The notes beneath the pieces were generated by a model, which saw only the letters and a list, made by a program, of their open reading frames with translations, was not told the DNA's origin and searched no databases. Below, one piece after another: positions 40,301-55,200 of a stretch of DNA of 64,000 nt. This DNA is from Nageia nagi (taxonomy: Eukaryota > Plantae > Pinophyta), in the NCBI GenBank assembly GCA_050084985.1, contig JBITNC010000001.1:54994001-55058000 (forward strand), in the 5' to 3' direction. Position 1 is the stretch's first letter. Each line of letters begins with the position of its first letter. A program made the position numbers and the translations under genes.

Positions 40301-43300
40301 TCGAATGCAAGAGTAATCTAACATAGCATAAGCCCATACTCTTCTCTAGTTATATTGGTTCATAAGAAAGATGGTTCCTGGCATATGTGTGTGGATTTTA
40401 GGGCCCTCAACAAAATTACCATCAAGGACAAATTTTCCATCATTGATGAATTATTGGATGAACTACATGGGGCAAGATATATTTCCAAACTGGACCTATG
40501 ATCTGGGTATCACCAAATCCACCTCAAGGAGGAGGATATACTAAAAATTGCATTTCGCACTCATGAGGGCCATTATGAGTTCCTAATTTTTCCTTTTGGC
40601 CTCATAAATGCTCCATCCATGTTTCAAAGTTTAATGAATTAGGTGTTTCATCCATTCTTTAGGAAATTCATTTTAGTTTTCTTTGATGATATCTTGATCT
40701 ATAGTAAGACATGGCAAGAACATATGACACATGTTGACCAAACCTTACAAATCTTGAAGGAACACTAGCTATATGCAAAAAAATCTAAATGTTCATTTGG
40801 CAAGAGGGAAATTAACTAATTAGGCTATGTTATATTGAAAGAGGGAGTTAAGATGGATCCATAAAAGATTAATGACATGTAGAATTGGTCTATTCCTACA
40901 TCTTTGAAAAGCCTTTGAGGATTCTTGGGGTTGATAGGCTATTATAGGAAATTTGTGAAGGATTATGGCAAGATTGCAGCACCTTTAACCATGTTGTTGA
41001 AAAAGAATGCGTTCCAATGGTTCCCTCAAGCTAAGACAACTTTCCTTAAGCTCAAGGAGGCGATGTGTACCACCTTGGTATTAGTAATGCCAAAATTTAC
41101 TAAAATTTTTGTGATAGAAAGTGATGCTTGTGGAGTAGAAATTGAGGCAATATTAATGTAGGAAGGGCATCCCTTAGCATTCACTAGTAGACCACTCTCT
41201 AGAAAAGATTTGGGTAAATCCACTTATGAAAAAGAAATGCTTGCCATCATTCATGCAGTTCAACATTGGAGACCATATCTCATTGGTCGCCATTTCATCA
41301 TCCTCACAGATCATCATAGTTTGAAAATTTTCATTGAGCAATGCATTTCTATGCTTGAGCAACAAAAATGGGTAACCAAACTATTGGGGTATGATTATGA
41401 GATAGTATACCATAAAGGTAAGGAGAATGTGGTTATTGATGCTTTATTTAGAAAATTTGAAGATTAAGTAGCACTACAAGCTCTTTTATCTCCTATTCCT
41501 CAATGGTTGGATAAAATTAAACAATAGTGGGTAGAGGATAGTTCCACCCAAGAATTGCTAAAATAGATCACTCAAGACCCCACAAGTAAACCACACCATA
41601 CATTACATGATGGTATTTTGAGATTCAAAGGTTGAATTTTGTTACCATCTACTTAAAAATGTAAATCAAAAATATTTGTCAAATTGCATTCCACACCTAC
41701 ATCAGGACATGAAGAATTTTTGAAAACTTATAAGCAAGTGGCACAGTCATTCTATTGGATAGGTATGAAATTGGATATCAAGTAGTTTGTGGCAGCTTGC
41801 GATGTGTGTCAATGACAAAAGGGTGAGACAATGGGTACTCTAGGAATCCTTCAACCTCTTTCCATACCTACCCATACATGGACCAATATCTCAATGGATT
41901 TCATTGAAGGCCTTCCTAAATCTCATGGTAAATCAATTATTCTAGTGGTGGTTGATTGGTTATCCAAATATGCTCATTTTGGTTCATTGGCTCATCCCTA
42001 TAAAGTAGTGATAGTGGCATAATTATTCTTGGATATAATTTTCAAACTACATGGCATGCCAAAAATGATTACTAGTGATCATGATCCCACTTTTACAAGT
42101 CATTTTTGACAAGAGCTTTTTAAACTACAAGGTACCCAACTAAACATGAGTTCAACATATCACTCACAAATTGATGGTCAAACAGAAATTATCAACAAAT
42201 GATTGGAAACATATTTATGTTATTTTGCTTCAGCATAACCTATGAATTGGGTATGATGGTTTCCCTTGGTTGAATGGTGGTATAATACATCTTATCATTC
42301 TACCAGTAAGATGAACCCTTATGAAGCAGTGTATGGTCAAGCTCCACCAATAATCACCTCGTAAGTTGTAGGTACTAGTAAAGTTCAAGCAATGGACTCA
42401 GCTTTAGTTACTTAGGATGATATTGTTTATTTACTCAAGGATAACCTTCAGGTAGCCCAACATTGTATGAAATAATAGGCTAATCAGCAAGATGTGGAAA
42501 GAGAGTTCCAGGTAGATGACATGGTCTTTCTGAGGTTGCAACCTTATCGCTAGAAATCCTTAAAAATAATAGGCCCTAAAAATTAGCCCCAAAGTTTTAT
42601 AGTCCTTACAGGGTGTTACAATGCATTGGCCCAGCTGCATACAAATTAGAGCTTCTTGCTTCTTCAAAGATTCATCTAGTGTTTCATGTCTTTTGCCTCA
42701 AGAAAGTGGTTGGATCAAAGGTTTGGGTTTAGAAATAATTACTTGAGTTAGTAGAGGATGGATCAATGGTAGTGGTACCTGAGGTAGTTCTAGATCAACA
42801 CTCATGATAGCTTCATAATCACTCCATCATAAAAGTCCTTGTGTAGTGGCAAGGCATGGCACCAGAAGATGCAACATGAGAAATCCTTCATCAGTTATAG
42901 CAATAATTTCCAAACTTCAAGCTTTGAGGATAAAGCTTCATCCTAAGAGGGGTGGCATGTTAGGATCCCACATCCTAACATTTTAATGTTAGTATTAGTA
43001 TTTTATTAAATGGTTGGCCTATATTGTAAATAATAATGTTGTGATCATAAGGGTGGGGCTTGATTTTGCATTACTATTAGGGTTAGGGTTAGTTTAATAT
43101 AAATAGAGAGAAATGTGTGGAGAAAGGCATCTTGAACATTATTTTTTTCCTTTGGATTTGTAAGGAGGTAGCCCCCTCAAATTGGCCTGTGATTCTATTA
43201 CTATTTAGTAAAATCCTATCCTTATCTGCTATTTGATGCTATTTCGTATTTTATTTAACAGTTCATGCTTTATTATTTTCTAATAGATAGTTATCATTTT

Positions 43301-43368
43301 CTTATTCAAGTCAATATTCGTTTCATTTCTGCAATATTTCTATTTTTCATAATTGTAGCAATGTAACA
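37361..43368 (+). mobile_element. Full-length degenerate Ty3/Gypsy chromovirus (Reina-like), 6008 bp
   Basis: LTRs 37361-37772 and 42958-43368 (~90% identical by manual count). TSD ACAAT at 37356-37360 and 43369-43373. PBS TGGTATCAAAGC at 37775-37786. PPT at ~42945-42957. Confidence 0.95.
38536..42927 (+). pseudogene. gag-PR-RT-RH-INT-chromodomain polyprotein with many stops
   Basis: PKLDFPLFDG, LLDFGSTHNFI, FFDDILIYS, ESDACG, TDHHSL, ISMDFIEGLP and a terminal VLV*WQGMAPEDAT* chromodomain. Confidence 0.93.
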
Positions 43369-44299
43369 ACAATATTGGGCTTCCTCTTCTATTATCAAGC
43401 ATCATATTGCAGTGTGAAGCTTCATTCAAGGTACAATATCGGGCTTCCTCTTATATTATTGGGCATCATCTCCCATTGTCAATCATCCTCATACATTTTT
43501 GGCCATCCTCATAAATGATCATGCATCCTCTTCCATTTTCAATCATCCTATTATATTATCTAGCTTTGATGCATATTTGGATTATACATAATTTGATTAA
43601 TTGTTATAAATGATGTTCGATTGACCATGCCATAAAAATGTAATTCAATTAACCTATCATAAACATAATTTGATTATTCATGTTATCCATAGTTTGATTA
43701 ACCCCCTTTCATAAATGAACTTTGATTAACCTATTGTTTTTGTTACAAAAAAATTACATTTCTTACGGTAAGCAATCTTTTGTGCAAAATTTGCTCTTAC
43801 AGCAAGAAAATGCAAAATTTTCAATTTTTTTGGATAATACGCAGCTCATTTATAATTGTTGGTGTTAAAAACAAAATTGCATTTCTTATTGTAAATTTGC
43901 TCAAAAATATTTTACTATAAATTTACCATATGTCAACAAACATAGGCACAAACATCATAAGACATATATAACAACATAAGACCTATATGATATGTAAAAC
44001 ATAATATTGCATATATATTCAAATATTTCATGTGAAGAAGAGTAATGTAAAGATCCCACAATTTTTTTCACTCGTAGTATCATAAATGTCATACAATCTA
44101 ATCACTTACTGACCAAAATCATAATCTTTATATAACTAACTCTATTGAATCACATAATATATACAATATACATAGATAGATCCAATACACCAAAAGACAT
44201 ACATATAAATACATAAAAGTTTATTATACTATAAAGGTCTATTCTTCTTGTTTCTTTTAATATTAATATTATCTTTAAACCACTTCTCTCTTTCTTTTC

Positions 44300-45162
44300 T
44301 ATCTATCCCATATGGATGAGTTCTTTTTACATTCAATGTTTCATTCATAGTTGGGTCCATCATATGATATCAATCTTAGTATAAACTACAACTAGTGCAT
44401 CATATGTGTGGATAGAGTTTCAGCTTTGGTCATATTTAAGTACACTTCCTGCAGTCATTTTGGTGTTAAAAATTTCAGAAAGTATTCTTTATAGGCTTGC
44501 TTACTTATGCATATTAGATTTTCATTATCATACAATTCTATGTTCATGTCAAATTTTATTATAAACCCTTTTGGAGAATCATCCTGCAAATGATACCCAT
44601 TGGTATAAATTACATAGTATACATCCTCTTCCACCAACAAAATAAAAAAATGTGCATCCCATTTAACTACATAAACACCTATTTGATCATTTTTTACAAA
44701 GCCTTCCCACATATCATCAAATGAACAAAGTTCATTTAGATATGAAAATTCTTCATCAACAAGTTTTGATTGGAACATGGAAAGATATTCAAATCCCATT
44801 AAGAGAGGTCAAAATTTCCTTTGTAACAAATCAAAAATCTCAATTGACCATTTGGGTAGTTTACTTTATAGTATTCTTTTTCACACATACCTATCCACTT
44901 CACTCTTCCATCCATTATAATCTCATCAAGTATTGCTTTGATGGTAACCTTCTTGGGTTTTGTATAACTAATCAATAATTCTTAACACCAACATACTATA
45001 GGTGCTTTCCCCATTAGCCCATTCATAGTTGTGATGGCCTATATGTACCTCAAAATATTTTTTGCAAAGTTTTGTACTTTTATCCTTGGACATGAATTAT
45101 TTTCAGATAAATCTACCACCTAGGGTAATGTTGGTTTTAAGAAGAATACCTACACCCTAGGC
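44300..45162 (-). pseudogene. Copy 1 of a domain homologous to the C-terminus of At3g11760/At5g04860-type proteins (putative Cys/His peptidase fold)
   Basis: FMSKDKSTKL..ANGESTYSMLVLRIID*L..LDEIIMDGRVKWIGMCE..SFDDMWE..YVVKWDAHFFILLVEEDVYYVI..IIKFD..KQAYKEYFLKFL. Acceptor CAG at 45163-45165. Confidence 0.75.
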
Positions 45163-45254
45163 CTGCATGGGACTATTAAAATATATCAATTATAGTCAAA
45201 CGTGGTAAGTAATTAAATCAATACATTAAAATTACTCTAAATTAAAATATATGA

Positions 45255-46400
45255 TAAATATTAAATTAAGCATAATGATACTATTCCAAATACAATTGCT
45301 ACAAGTATAGAGAAAATGAACTATATACTTAAATGGAAGTGCTATGATCTACATTTTGTGCATTTTCTTGTGTGATGCATTCCATAGCACTTCCCTATGT
45401 AATATATAATTATGGTAATTACAACCTTAAATATGAAACTAAGTACAAAACTCATTGCAAGGTTGGCTTTTAAGTGGGTGTACAAACAAATTATATACTT
45501 GAATGGAAGTGCCATAATCTACATTTTCTTGTGTCATGTTCCGTACGTCTATATTTGCATGTAAATGTTTTATTTTTTTGTATCAATTTCTTGTTCCACA
45601 TATAGTTTTAATAAATATTAACCTAGGCACAATGATAATATTCCAAATACAATTTCTATAAGTACAAAAAAATGAACTATATACCTAAATGGAAGTGTTA
45701 TAATATGCATTTTCTTATGTGATGCATTCAGTAGCACTTCCCTTTGTAACACAAAATTATGATAATTACAACTATAAATATGAAATTAAGTAAAAAATTT
45801 ATTACAAGGTTAGCTCTCGAGTGGGTGTACAAACAAACTATATACTTAAATGGAAGTGATGCAATCTGCATTTTCTTGTATCTCATTCCCTACATCCACA
45901 TTTGTATGCAAATTTTTTTATTTTTTTCATCACTTTCCTATGTCACATACAATTTTGATAAATATATGGATAAATATTAAATGAATCATAATGATAATAT
46001 TCCAAATATAGTTGCTACAAGTACAGAAAAAATGATCTACATACCTAAATGGAAGTGCCATGATCTATATTCTGTGCATTTTCTTATGTGATGCATTGCA
46101 TAGCACTTCCTTATGTAACATAGAATTATGGTAATTACATCTATAAATATTAATCTAAGTACAAAATTCATTGTAAGGCTAGATCTCGAGGGGGTGTACA
46201 AACATACTATATACTTGACTCAAAGTGTCACAATTTGCATTTTCTTATGTCTTGTTCCCTACAACTACATTTTCTTGTGTCTCATTCCCTACATCTTCAT
46301 TTTCATTTTCTTCATGTTCATTTTCATTTTCAATTTCTTCATGTTCATTTTCATTTTCAATTTCTTCTTTTTCATGTGGTGCAATCCCCACATCTTGAAT
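45255..46400 (-). repeat. Three ~360-bp tandem units, each with mini-exon-like segments, plus an acidic EN-repeat segment
   Basis: Units start at ~45255, 45611 and 45971. The minus strand repeatedly shows ..CAAGAAAATG..CACTTCCATT(C/T)AA followed by GTATAT. Confidence 0.75.
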
Positions 46401-47819
46401 AAAAGGTGTATGTAGGACAACATCAATCTACATAAGTGTAATATACATAAATGTGTAATGTCACAAGATTAATAGGCATCAAGATCAAGCTATCTAACTT
46501 ACAATATTACTTATTTTCTTATTTCCTATAATAGGAACACTATTTATTATCATTATAATACATGGTTGCATGCTCACCTCATGTGTCAAGCTAAAAATAG
46601 GAAAAGAGTTTATCTCAGCAAAAGGTCAAGCATTCTCTACCAATGTATTGGCCTCACAAGCTATATACATGGAGCAAAATAAATGGAGTATAGAATAAGA
46701 ATGATATTTTCAATTTTGAAAAACATCACAATACTAAACATAAATGAGAATCACATGCTCATGTCGTCATGTGATGGACCCTATAGTAATGGATTTTCAT
46801 TGCTAGTGTGTCTCCCTTATGTAGCATTAGTATCTTCATTATCAAAATATCTAGACTTTGTAATTTGAATGATAGGTGATTCTATTAATTATTTCACTTC
46901 CTCCAATGATATAGGTAAAGGTGCACCATAAACATGGAATACATTAGTGCACTAGATATGAAAATAACTAAAAAAATCTAACAAACAAAAAATAATATGA
47001 GTACCTTTCTATGTTCATTTATCATATGTTACCTCCAATGAGCTTCTCTCTTTTCATGGGAATCATAGTTCATCATTTCTGCAAGAATATTTTCCCTAGT
47101 TTCCATTGATATGTATACTTTTGAAGTCACCTTCTCAATGATCATTGCAACCTTCACCAATATATTTTATTTAGAGTTATATTTGATGTGATAAACATTT
47201 GCAAGATTATGTTTTCTTTTGAAGTATTTTTCTTGGCTATATGTCAATGGTTTTAAGGTTGCTACCAACCTACCCCTCTTAATTTTTGGTATAGGTGGTA
47301 AACCTTGATGTTGGTACCTCCTATGGTTATTAAAGGTTGTACACAACCAAATTGGTATATGTGGGTAAAAATGATATGGATCAAGCTCACAGTAGTATCT
47401 CAACTTGCCATTCCTCCTGCTAGTATGCCATTCATCTTGTACACCATGTGCATAATCAGTTTCAATGTGTTACAAGTGAATGAGATCAAAACATAATAAG
47501 TACATTATTTACATAGGTAATTCCAACATTATTGCATAAATAAATGCAAAAATCAATACCAACCATTGCTAAGTTAAATATTGCCATCACAAGCTAAAGC
47601 ATTAATTGCAGCAACTAGAGGTTTTCTTCCACCTCCGCATTGTTAAAATACATTAGTCCACCAACATTGCATGTATAAGGATTCATATCAAGAATAATGT
47701 AATACAACTTGTATCCAAATTTGCAACCTACAACATCCTTCAAGCTCTTTAGAGAAGGTTGGATTTTATTTTCTTTTCAACTAAAGGGTGAGCTTGAAAA
47801 CAATTATTACTAATTTTAT

Positions 47820-47824
47820 TATAT

Positions 47825-47873
<49 letters not shown>
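47820..47873. repeat. (TA)n microsatellite
   Basis: Directly visible, with one interruption. Confidence 0.97.
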
Positions 47874-47876
<3 letters not shown>

Positions 47877-48248
47877 GGTTGAAATTTTTTTATCCTTAAA
47901 AAAAAACTAACGTATCCTTGCAAATTTGATCATTGAATTTTATTTTAATTTTAATTAATTATTATTATACAAGTCAATCATGCTATTAAAGTTCATACAA
48001 CAATCATATCATCATCATCAGGCTAGATAAGGATAAGAAATTACATAAGGAAAGTCTTTTCATCAGGTAACTATAAGTCACGTAAGGTAGGTGTACTTCT
48101 ATCATATGAGTTGGCTTGTTACTAGGATGAATCATATTAGGTTAATAATAGGTGACTTATTTTGATTATATTTATTAGGAACATACCTAATATACACCCA
48201 TAAGAGATCAAGTCAGTATTTAAGAGTATAAAAACATGAAGTTCTACT

Positions 48249-49700
48249 ATGGAAAATCTAGAGAATTTCAATTGGGATTCTAATGTTAAGAAGATAATAT
48301 GCCCAAAGGTACTCATTAGCCCTGATATCATGTATTGGCTAATCCAAGCTTATTATCCAATTGATAGGAATTTTAGAAAAATAAATGGTAATACAATATT
48401 CTCCTTACAAGTGAGAGATATCAAGAGGATATTTCACCATAAGTTGAATCATGTGCCTATTAATCTATCAACTCTTTTACTTGAGAAAGTGATCACTGTA
48501 TACCCAATGATTGGTCATATCATTCTCATTTCAATAGGGTAGGTTTGTGTACATAATAATTTCCATTCCCAAAGGCTTACCTTAAACCAAATTCTAGTTC
48601 ATGGATAACAATAATACAAATACTTTTAGGTGTTGAGGACAAGCTACTAGTGACAAAATGTATATTTGCTTTTATGCAAATTAGTAGCACTAGAGGAAGG
48701 ACAAAGAGATTTTATTGGAGTACATGGATATGAAATAAAATGCATGAAGTGTTTATTTAATTAAAAAGGAAAATTGGGAGGGATAATTTAATTTTTCCTA
48801 AGTTCTCATATTGTTCCATCCTTACACATTTCCTATTAGGGCAATTACCAAAAGAAAATTTATACATGTTGGGGGCTATACAGGCTGATTGTATTCAAGA
48901 ATAATGAAAAATATTCACCAAACCATGAGCTATGGAGGTAGAAGAAATTTTTATACACATATAGTACCATAATTACATGTTGTTGTATAAGGAATACCAC
49001 TACCATGTATCAACAAGGCTTTGGTTTATTTCATGCTAGGTATTGGGGAGTATTTCATCACAGAAGGTTTTTCTTATATAAGAGTTTATGAGTCAAAACT
49101 TACACCTAAGGCTCTCCCAATAGCATGTCATGTTTCTTTATTTATGTTGGAGGTAGTTAGATAGTCATTGAAGATGGTAAAATTGGAATCATAAACAAGT
49201 TTAAAAATCTTCTATGGTTAAAGTTGCCTTGCAAGTTTGGCTTTTATCTATTTAATTGTCATCAATAGTTTGTTAACTCTATTATTGAGTTGGATAAGTT
49301 CTACTTGAACAAGGTGGCCTAGAGGCCTTTCGATCCATATAATTATCATCAAAGGCTTATGAGTGGTATCAACATTCCTGTCACTATCAGACACAATAAC
49401 TACCACTTTGAGGATGAATTAGCTTAGGGTGTTAGAGAAGGAAGTGGATTAAAGAAAGTATGAAGATGGTTCTAAGAATAAGACATAACTTATACAATGA
49501 AAGGGATAACTAGAATTTATTATTCTTTATTGAGGATATGTAGAAATAAAATATATGGACATTTAGGACCATTGTTAAGTAATGAGTTGGAGCTTTTGTC
49601 AAGAAACATAGTTGGGCATGAAGATACATATTGGTCAGATTCTAAATAAGCCTCATTTGTGGAAAGTTTGACTCCTTATAACTAATGGTAATATAGCTCT
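48249..49700 (+). pseudogene. Decayed accessory-ORF-like remnant, similar to the 1-2570 ORF family
   Basis: IICPKVLISPDIMYWLIQAYYPIDRNFRKINGNTIFSL..IKRIF, then broken frames. Confidence 0.45.
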
Positions 49701-52249
49701 CAAGTCAATTTTATCAACTAGTAAAGCTATTTAGGTATGTCATTAGTTTCTATTTAGGGTTTTTGTTAAGTTTTTTTCAAGCTTTTTGAATATCTTATTT
49801 TTATCATTTTTTGAAGCATCTATCATGTGGTTTTCAAGAAATATTCCAAAAAAGTAGGTTATAATCCAGTCATCTTGCACGTAGCACTTAAGTAGTGTAA
49901 GTTAACTAAAAGTATTCTTTCTAGGGGTTGTCACATTATTTGGGTAATCTACTACAATTGTAATCGAAGAAGACATTGGATTTTGTATTAAGTATTTATG
50001 CAATATGATGATGTTTGGTTATAATATTTCAAGGTCATTTTAACTTATTTCAACTTGGGTTGATATTGAAATAAGAACTTTTATAAACACATCTGTTAAT
50101 GCATTTACACACATCATGGATTTATACATAGGTCAATTAACCTGCCTCAATTTTGACCATTACCAATCACCGTAAACACATCTATTAATGTGAAGGTTAA
50201 TTGAACTTCTCTTATACTCTAAATGTAAGTTGATTAACACTAACCCTTATGGTTTAACACATGTGTGGGTTAATCAAAACTATGGCTATCCTTGTATACA
50301 CATAGTTTGATTATACCCTATAAATAATTGAGAAGATGGTCATTCTCATTTGCATTTTTTTGTGCATGCTCAGACATGGATGTTGCAGGGAGCTCTCAGA
50401 TAGGTAATGAATCTTGATACGAGGTAGGTTTTATAATTCCTAGTATTTTTTTTCAATGCATGATTATTCAAGAAAGTCCTTGGGTTTTTTTACGTATGGA
50501 TTTTTCATCTTGCACTCCATCAAAGTCAGCTTCAGTTTGCCAAAAAATTCTTGTGCCCTACTCTAGGCTTCCATAACATGCCATCATTGCATTTCATTAG
50601 TCTACTTTTTGATGAACCAATTCATAGAAATTTGACCTCCCCTTCCAATTTATCCATTCTATACATATCCTATGATCATTATTGTTTATAAAACTAAATA
50701 TACATCATGCATTTCAAATCCTCATGCTCAGATTCAATCTTTTGATAGTTAGTTTTAAAATCATTAAGCTTTGATTCTGTCTTAGTTGTAAGACCCTACT
50801 CACTTTATTAGAAATGTATGTATAATGATTTATGTCAAGAATAAGTTGATAATAGTCACTCATGCTATTAAATTATTTATGAAACTTATTTGGTGTGAAA
50901 TAGATTAGGATGAATTTCTAAGGAGATTATGCTTTGCTTTTATAGCACAACTATCATTTCATATGAATTTTGATAAGATAGATAGTTCATATGATTAAAA
51001 ATTGAACTTTTTTATAAGTTTGGTGATTTTTATTCAAAAGTTCTTATTTTAGCATTATCCAACCTTGTGAAATTTATATGCTTAATAGTTAAAAGTTTCA
51101 AAAGTTATTATTTCAACATTAATCAACTTATTTCAATATTTAGTTGGGTTACAATATTTTAAAAGTTGAGATGGGTTACATTAATTGAATGTGTTTACAG
51201 TGGTTGGAAATGGTCAAAATTGAGGTGGGTTAATCGACATATGTATAAACCCATGATGCTCAATAATGGTTAGTGAAGCTAGAAAATGTTTGAAGAAGCC
51301 ATGAATGCAATATCCTAAAATCTCTGTATTCCATAAATATGTTTGGATCATGCATATTGTTAAACAATTTATAGGCTTTATGAATTCTTACACATTTTGC
51401 ATAGATGGCTATCAAGGCATTCCAAACCATAACATTGAAACTTATGAACCTTGACTAACCATTGCCTACTTTATTATATCCTAATAGAATACAATTCTTA
51501 AACATTACCTCGTACAAATTGTTATTAATATGTTATTACAATATGGATATTGTATATTTTATGCATATTATTTTTATGTATTCTTAAAAATTGAGTGGGG
51601 CTTACCATAGTTTGATTTGATTGACTTCTAATAGTGAAGGAAATGATTGAATATAATAGTAAAGTAAATGATCGAATATAAAAGATTTACCTAATCACAA
51701 CAAGCTCACCAAAAAAATATCCAAATAATGAAATATTGTGGAACACCAACTATATAATATTCAATACAATAAATATATCCAAAGGAAACATCATTTTTAT
51801 TGATATTCAAATATGGATATTTACATATATCTATAGCAAACACCATACAATACAACTATTCTTGAAATAATCTCACAACCTTTTTTTCAAATAATGGAAC
51901 AAAGGTGTAGATATGATATCCTTAAATATCTATGAAAGACTTGGGAATCAACTCCAACATTTGGAAAAAACTATCAGGTTCTGATTAGTTGATGTATTCC
52001 TAAAAATAAGAAATACACTAGTATGAGAATATGAAAAATGGCAAAGAAAGAAATTGAAATGAAGGGAAATACACTTGTTAAAGATAAAAATAAAAAAAAC
52101 TATGTAACTTTGGATAGTGAAAATGGGGAATAAGGTATCATAAGAAAAATTAGAGGAAACAATAGTCACTCAATTTTTTCCTAACTCTTTTTTCCTTTTC
52201 TATGCTATTTCATGAGCCACTAGAGATAAGTTTTTGTATTCTTGAATAT

Positions 52250-55200
52250 CAAATGTAAAGCCTTAAGGTATCATTGAAGGAGAATAATAAAATTTATTTC
52301 CTCATCATGAATCATCTTGATTTTTCTAGTACCCTAAGTTGAGTAAAATTTGCCCCAACTTGAAGCAAATAGTGGTATTTCTCCATATCTTCACATGAAG
52401 TTTCAAGAAACGGATTTAGTAAATGGGTAAGTAGCTTTTTAAGTATTTCCTTTGTGATTTTTCCTTCCCATTTGATATTTTCATCTTTCCATACTTTCTT
52501 TTCTCTATCAAATATTGTCATAAGGCTCAATCTTGTTGATTTTGGTGCTAAAAGTTTCATTAGTATTTGGAATGTTCTGATCATATAAATATTCATAATT
52601 ATCTCTAACAAATTTAACAATCACATTGATGGATGACTGTACATGAATAAACATCATATTCCTCTTCCATCTTGACATTAGATTCTTCTATCATTTGCAC
52701 TCTATTAGTATATTCAACCAAAGTGTCAATCATAATGTTTTCCTTTTGTAACAAATATTATACTATCTCTTTTCTAAAATATCTTGAAAATATCTGAGTT
52801 TTAGAAGTATAAGGCACACAATCCCCTTGGCTTACTTTCCCAAGAATATCTTTAAAGATATAAGTACTTTAGACCTTTGTTTTCAGAATGAGTTCCCAAT
52901 TTACTCACCAAAGTAGGATCATCCTTAGGACCCTTTACTGTTGGATCCTTCATAAACCCTACCTCATCTCATTCAACATTAGGTTCACCCTAGATCTTGT
53001 AAGCAATTGGATATTCTTCATCATCAACAAGATATGTTTCTTCTCTTGGCTCTTTACCTATTTCTACTGATAGATAGCCTTCATCATGTTGTTCTAAAAT
53101 GATAATTTTCCCAACCATCCTAGGATATACTTCTTATTTTTCATCAACCATAATTTTTCCTTTTCCCTTAACTATGGGTTTAGTTTGTTGAATACTAGAA
53201 CTTATTTCAACTTGTATATTTAAATGGATACTTGGTGGAGGAGTGTTATAGAAAAATGAACTGCTACTATGGAAAGAGGTTAGAGTTCAATCATATGATG
53301 TTCATACTCCACCTCTTTACTAATATGATGATTTGGCTTTGGTTATTATATTGCATGGTATAAGATGAATCATCATCTTGTGCCTCTTTTAAGCTTGTTC
53401 CAAATCAACAATTGATAACATAATTTCATAACCTAGAAGTGTTATTGGATTTTCCAATCGGATTTCTCTAGCCATTCTTGCATCCATCTCATAAAATATA
53501 TCATTTATCATATAGGACATGGGAGGATTTTTTTTTTTTTTAGTCAAGACTCGATCACAATCCTCCAATATTGATAAGGCTTCTTTATAAATATTATTCT
53601 CTTTAAAAAGTGTTAACTCTTTGGGAAATGGTTCACAATTAGGCAACTTTTTAGATAAGATATCATTTGCTTCATATGCCTTGATCTCCTCCATTTGTTT
53701 CTTAACCTTCTCTATTATTTGTTGTACTAGTTTATTATATTGAATTACCATAATGTTAAGTTGAGTATTATTTGTTAAATACAACATAGTATCATGGTGA
53801 ATTGAATAATCAATAGTAGGGATTCTTGGATGTATAGGATCCATTGTGCCTTCCTTGATGTTTCTCAATTCTTCTAGCATTCCCCCAACTATAGCTATCA
53901 TAGAGAATGGTATTTTAAAGCCTTGGTATGTCTAAATTGGCTATAAAGGTAAATAATCTTTTAATGCATTAATAAATTTATCCTTAAATTCATTAGGATC
54001 ATGTTTAACCTTCACTTTACTATCACTTCTCTCCAATGTGTAACAAAAAGGATATTGGGATCATAACCTCTCCACTTGACCTCTTTAAAACCATATTATT
54101 GCATAAATGTAATGGCATTTAGAAAAGATGCATGACTTCGGTATTTTTGATGATTGATTTCATATGGATTAAGCTTATAAAACCAATATTTACTATGATC
54201 ATATGAAACCTTAGTTTTGATATCTTCACAAGTCTACCTAACTGCTTCACCAAATAAGAGTGAATGGGGACATAATTTAGGTAAGAACTTGGGTTGCAAT
54301 TTACCTCCATACATTAAATATTCCATCTTTCATGATGACAACATCACTTACTTTTTGCTTCTTCTATGAATTTCAAGAATTTATGAGAAATTCTAGGAAT
54401 TATTTGGGTAATTCTATCATAAAATTTGATGAGGATAGTTTCACAAAAAGCTTTGTATGTTCCATAATCCTCCCTAACTTCTTACAACTTATCTTAAATC
54501 CAATATCCATTTGATGAAAACCCCATTCAAGAATCAAGTCCCATTTATCCCAATAAAAAGAAGATAAGGATTGAATACCATGTAAACTTCATGGGCTTCC
54601 TCTCAAACAAATCCACATATAGTTGAATCAATTCATTATGCTTCCTATCACAAATATATGTTGACCAATCAAATCTTAGTAGGAGTTATCATGGATTTGC
54701 AAATTAAATTAAATACCACCTTGGATACACTGTTATGATATGAAATACCCAAAACATAACTAATATTCTCAACATATAATTGGGCCCACCTTTTCATGGA
54801 ATACAAACTCAATGGAAATCCTAGCTGAGCCATCCACATTTTAGAGTCTTTAAATATATTCATTTATCTGATATCATTCAAGCATATAATGGCATATTGT
54901 ATAAGTTTTGTTACATAAATAGTTGTGATTACATTTTTTTTCCTAAAAACCCTTCTAAAATCCTCCACTCTAAAGGGAAACACCTTTCTGCCATTAATAT
55001 AAAAAAAGCCCTTCTCTTAGGTTTATAAGAATGAGACAACCATGTTATTATATCATTGGAAAAATTAACCTTAGGGAGTACCAATTTACCAATATTTGAT
55101 TTAGCCCTATTGCAAATAGGTTATTATTTTTTTATCATAATTGACCTTTATAGCATTGTAAAGTTTTAACATCATTCCATGACTATACTTAGAAGTTTCT

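Larger units (their letters stand above)
36638..43560. repeat. PPR fragment plus a 60-bp tandem array, split by the Gypsy insertion (36770-37360 and 43369-43560)
   Basis: Unit GGGTACAATGT.GGGCTTCCTCTTCTATTATTGGGCATCATCTCCCATTGT.GAGCTT.A. The same block occurs at ~30540-30960. Confidence 0.85.
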
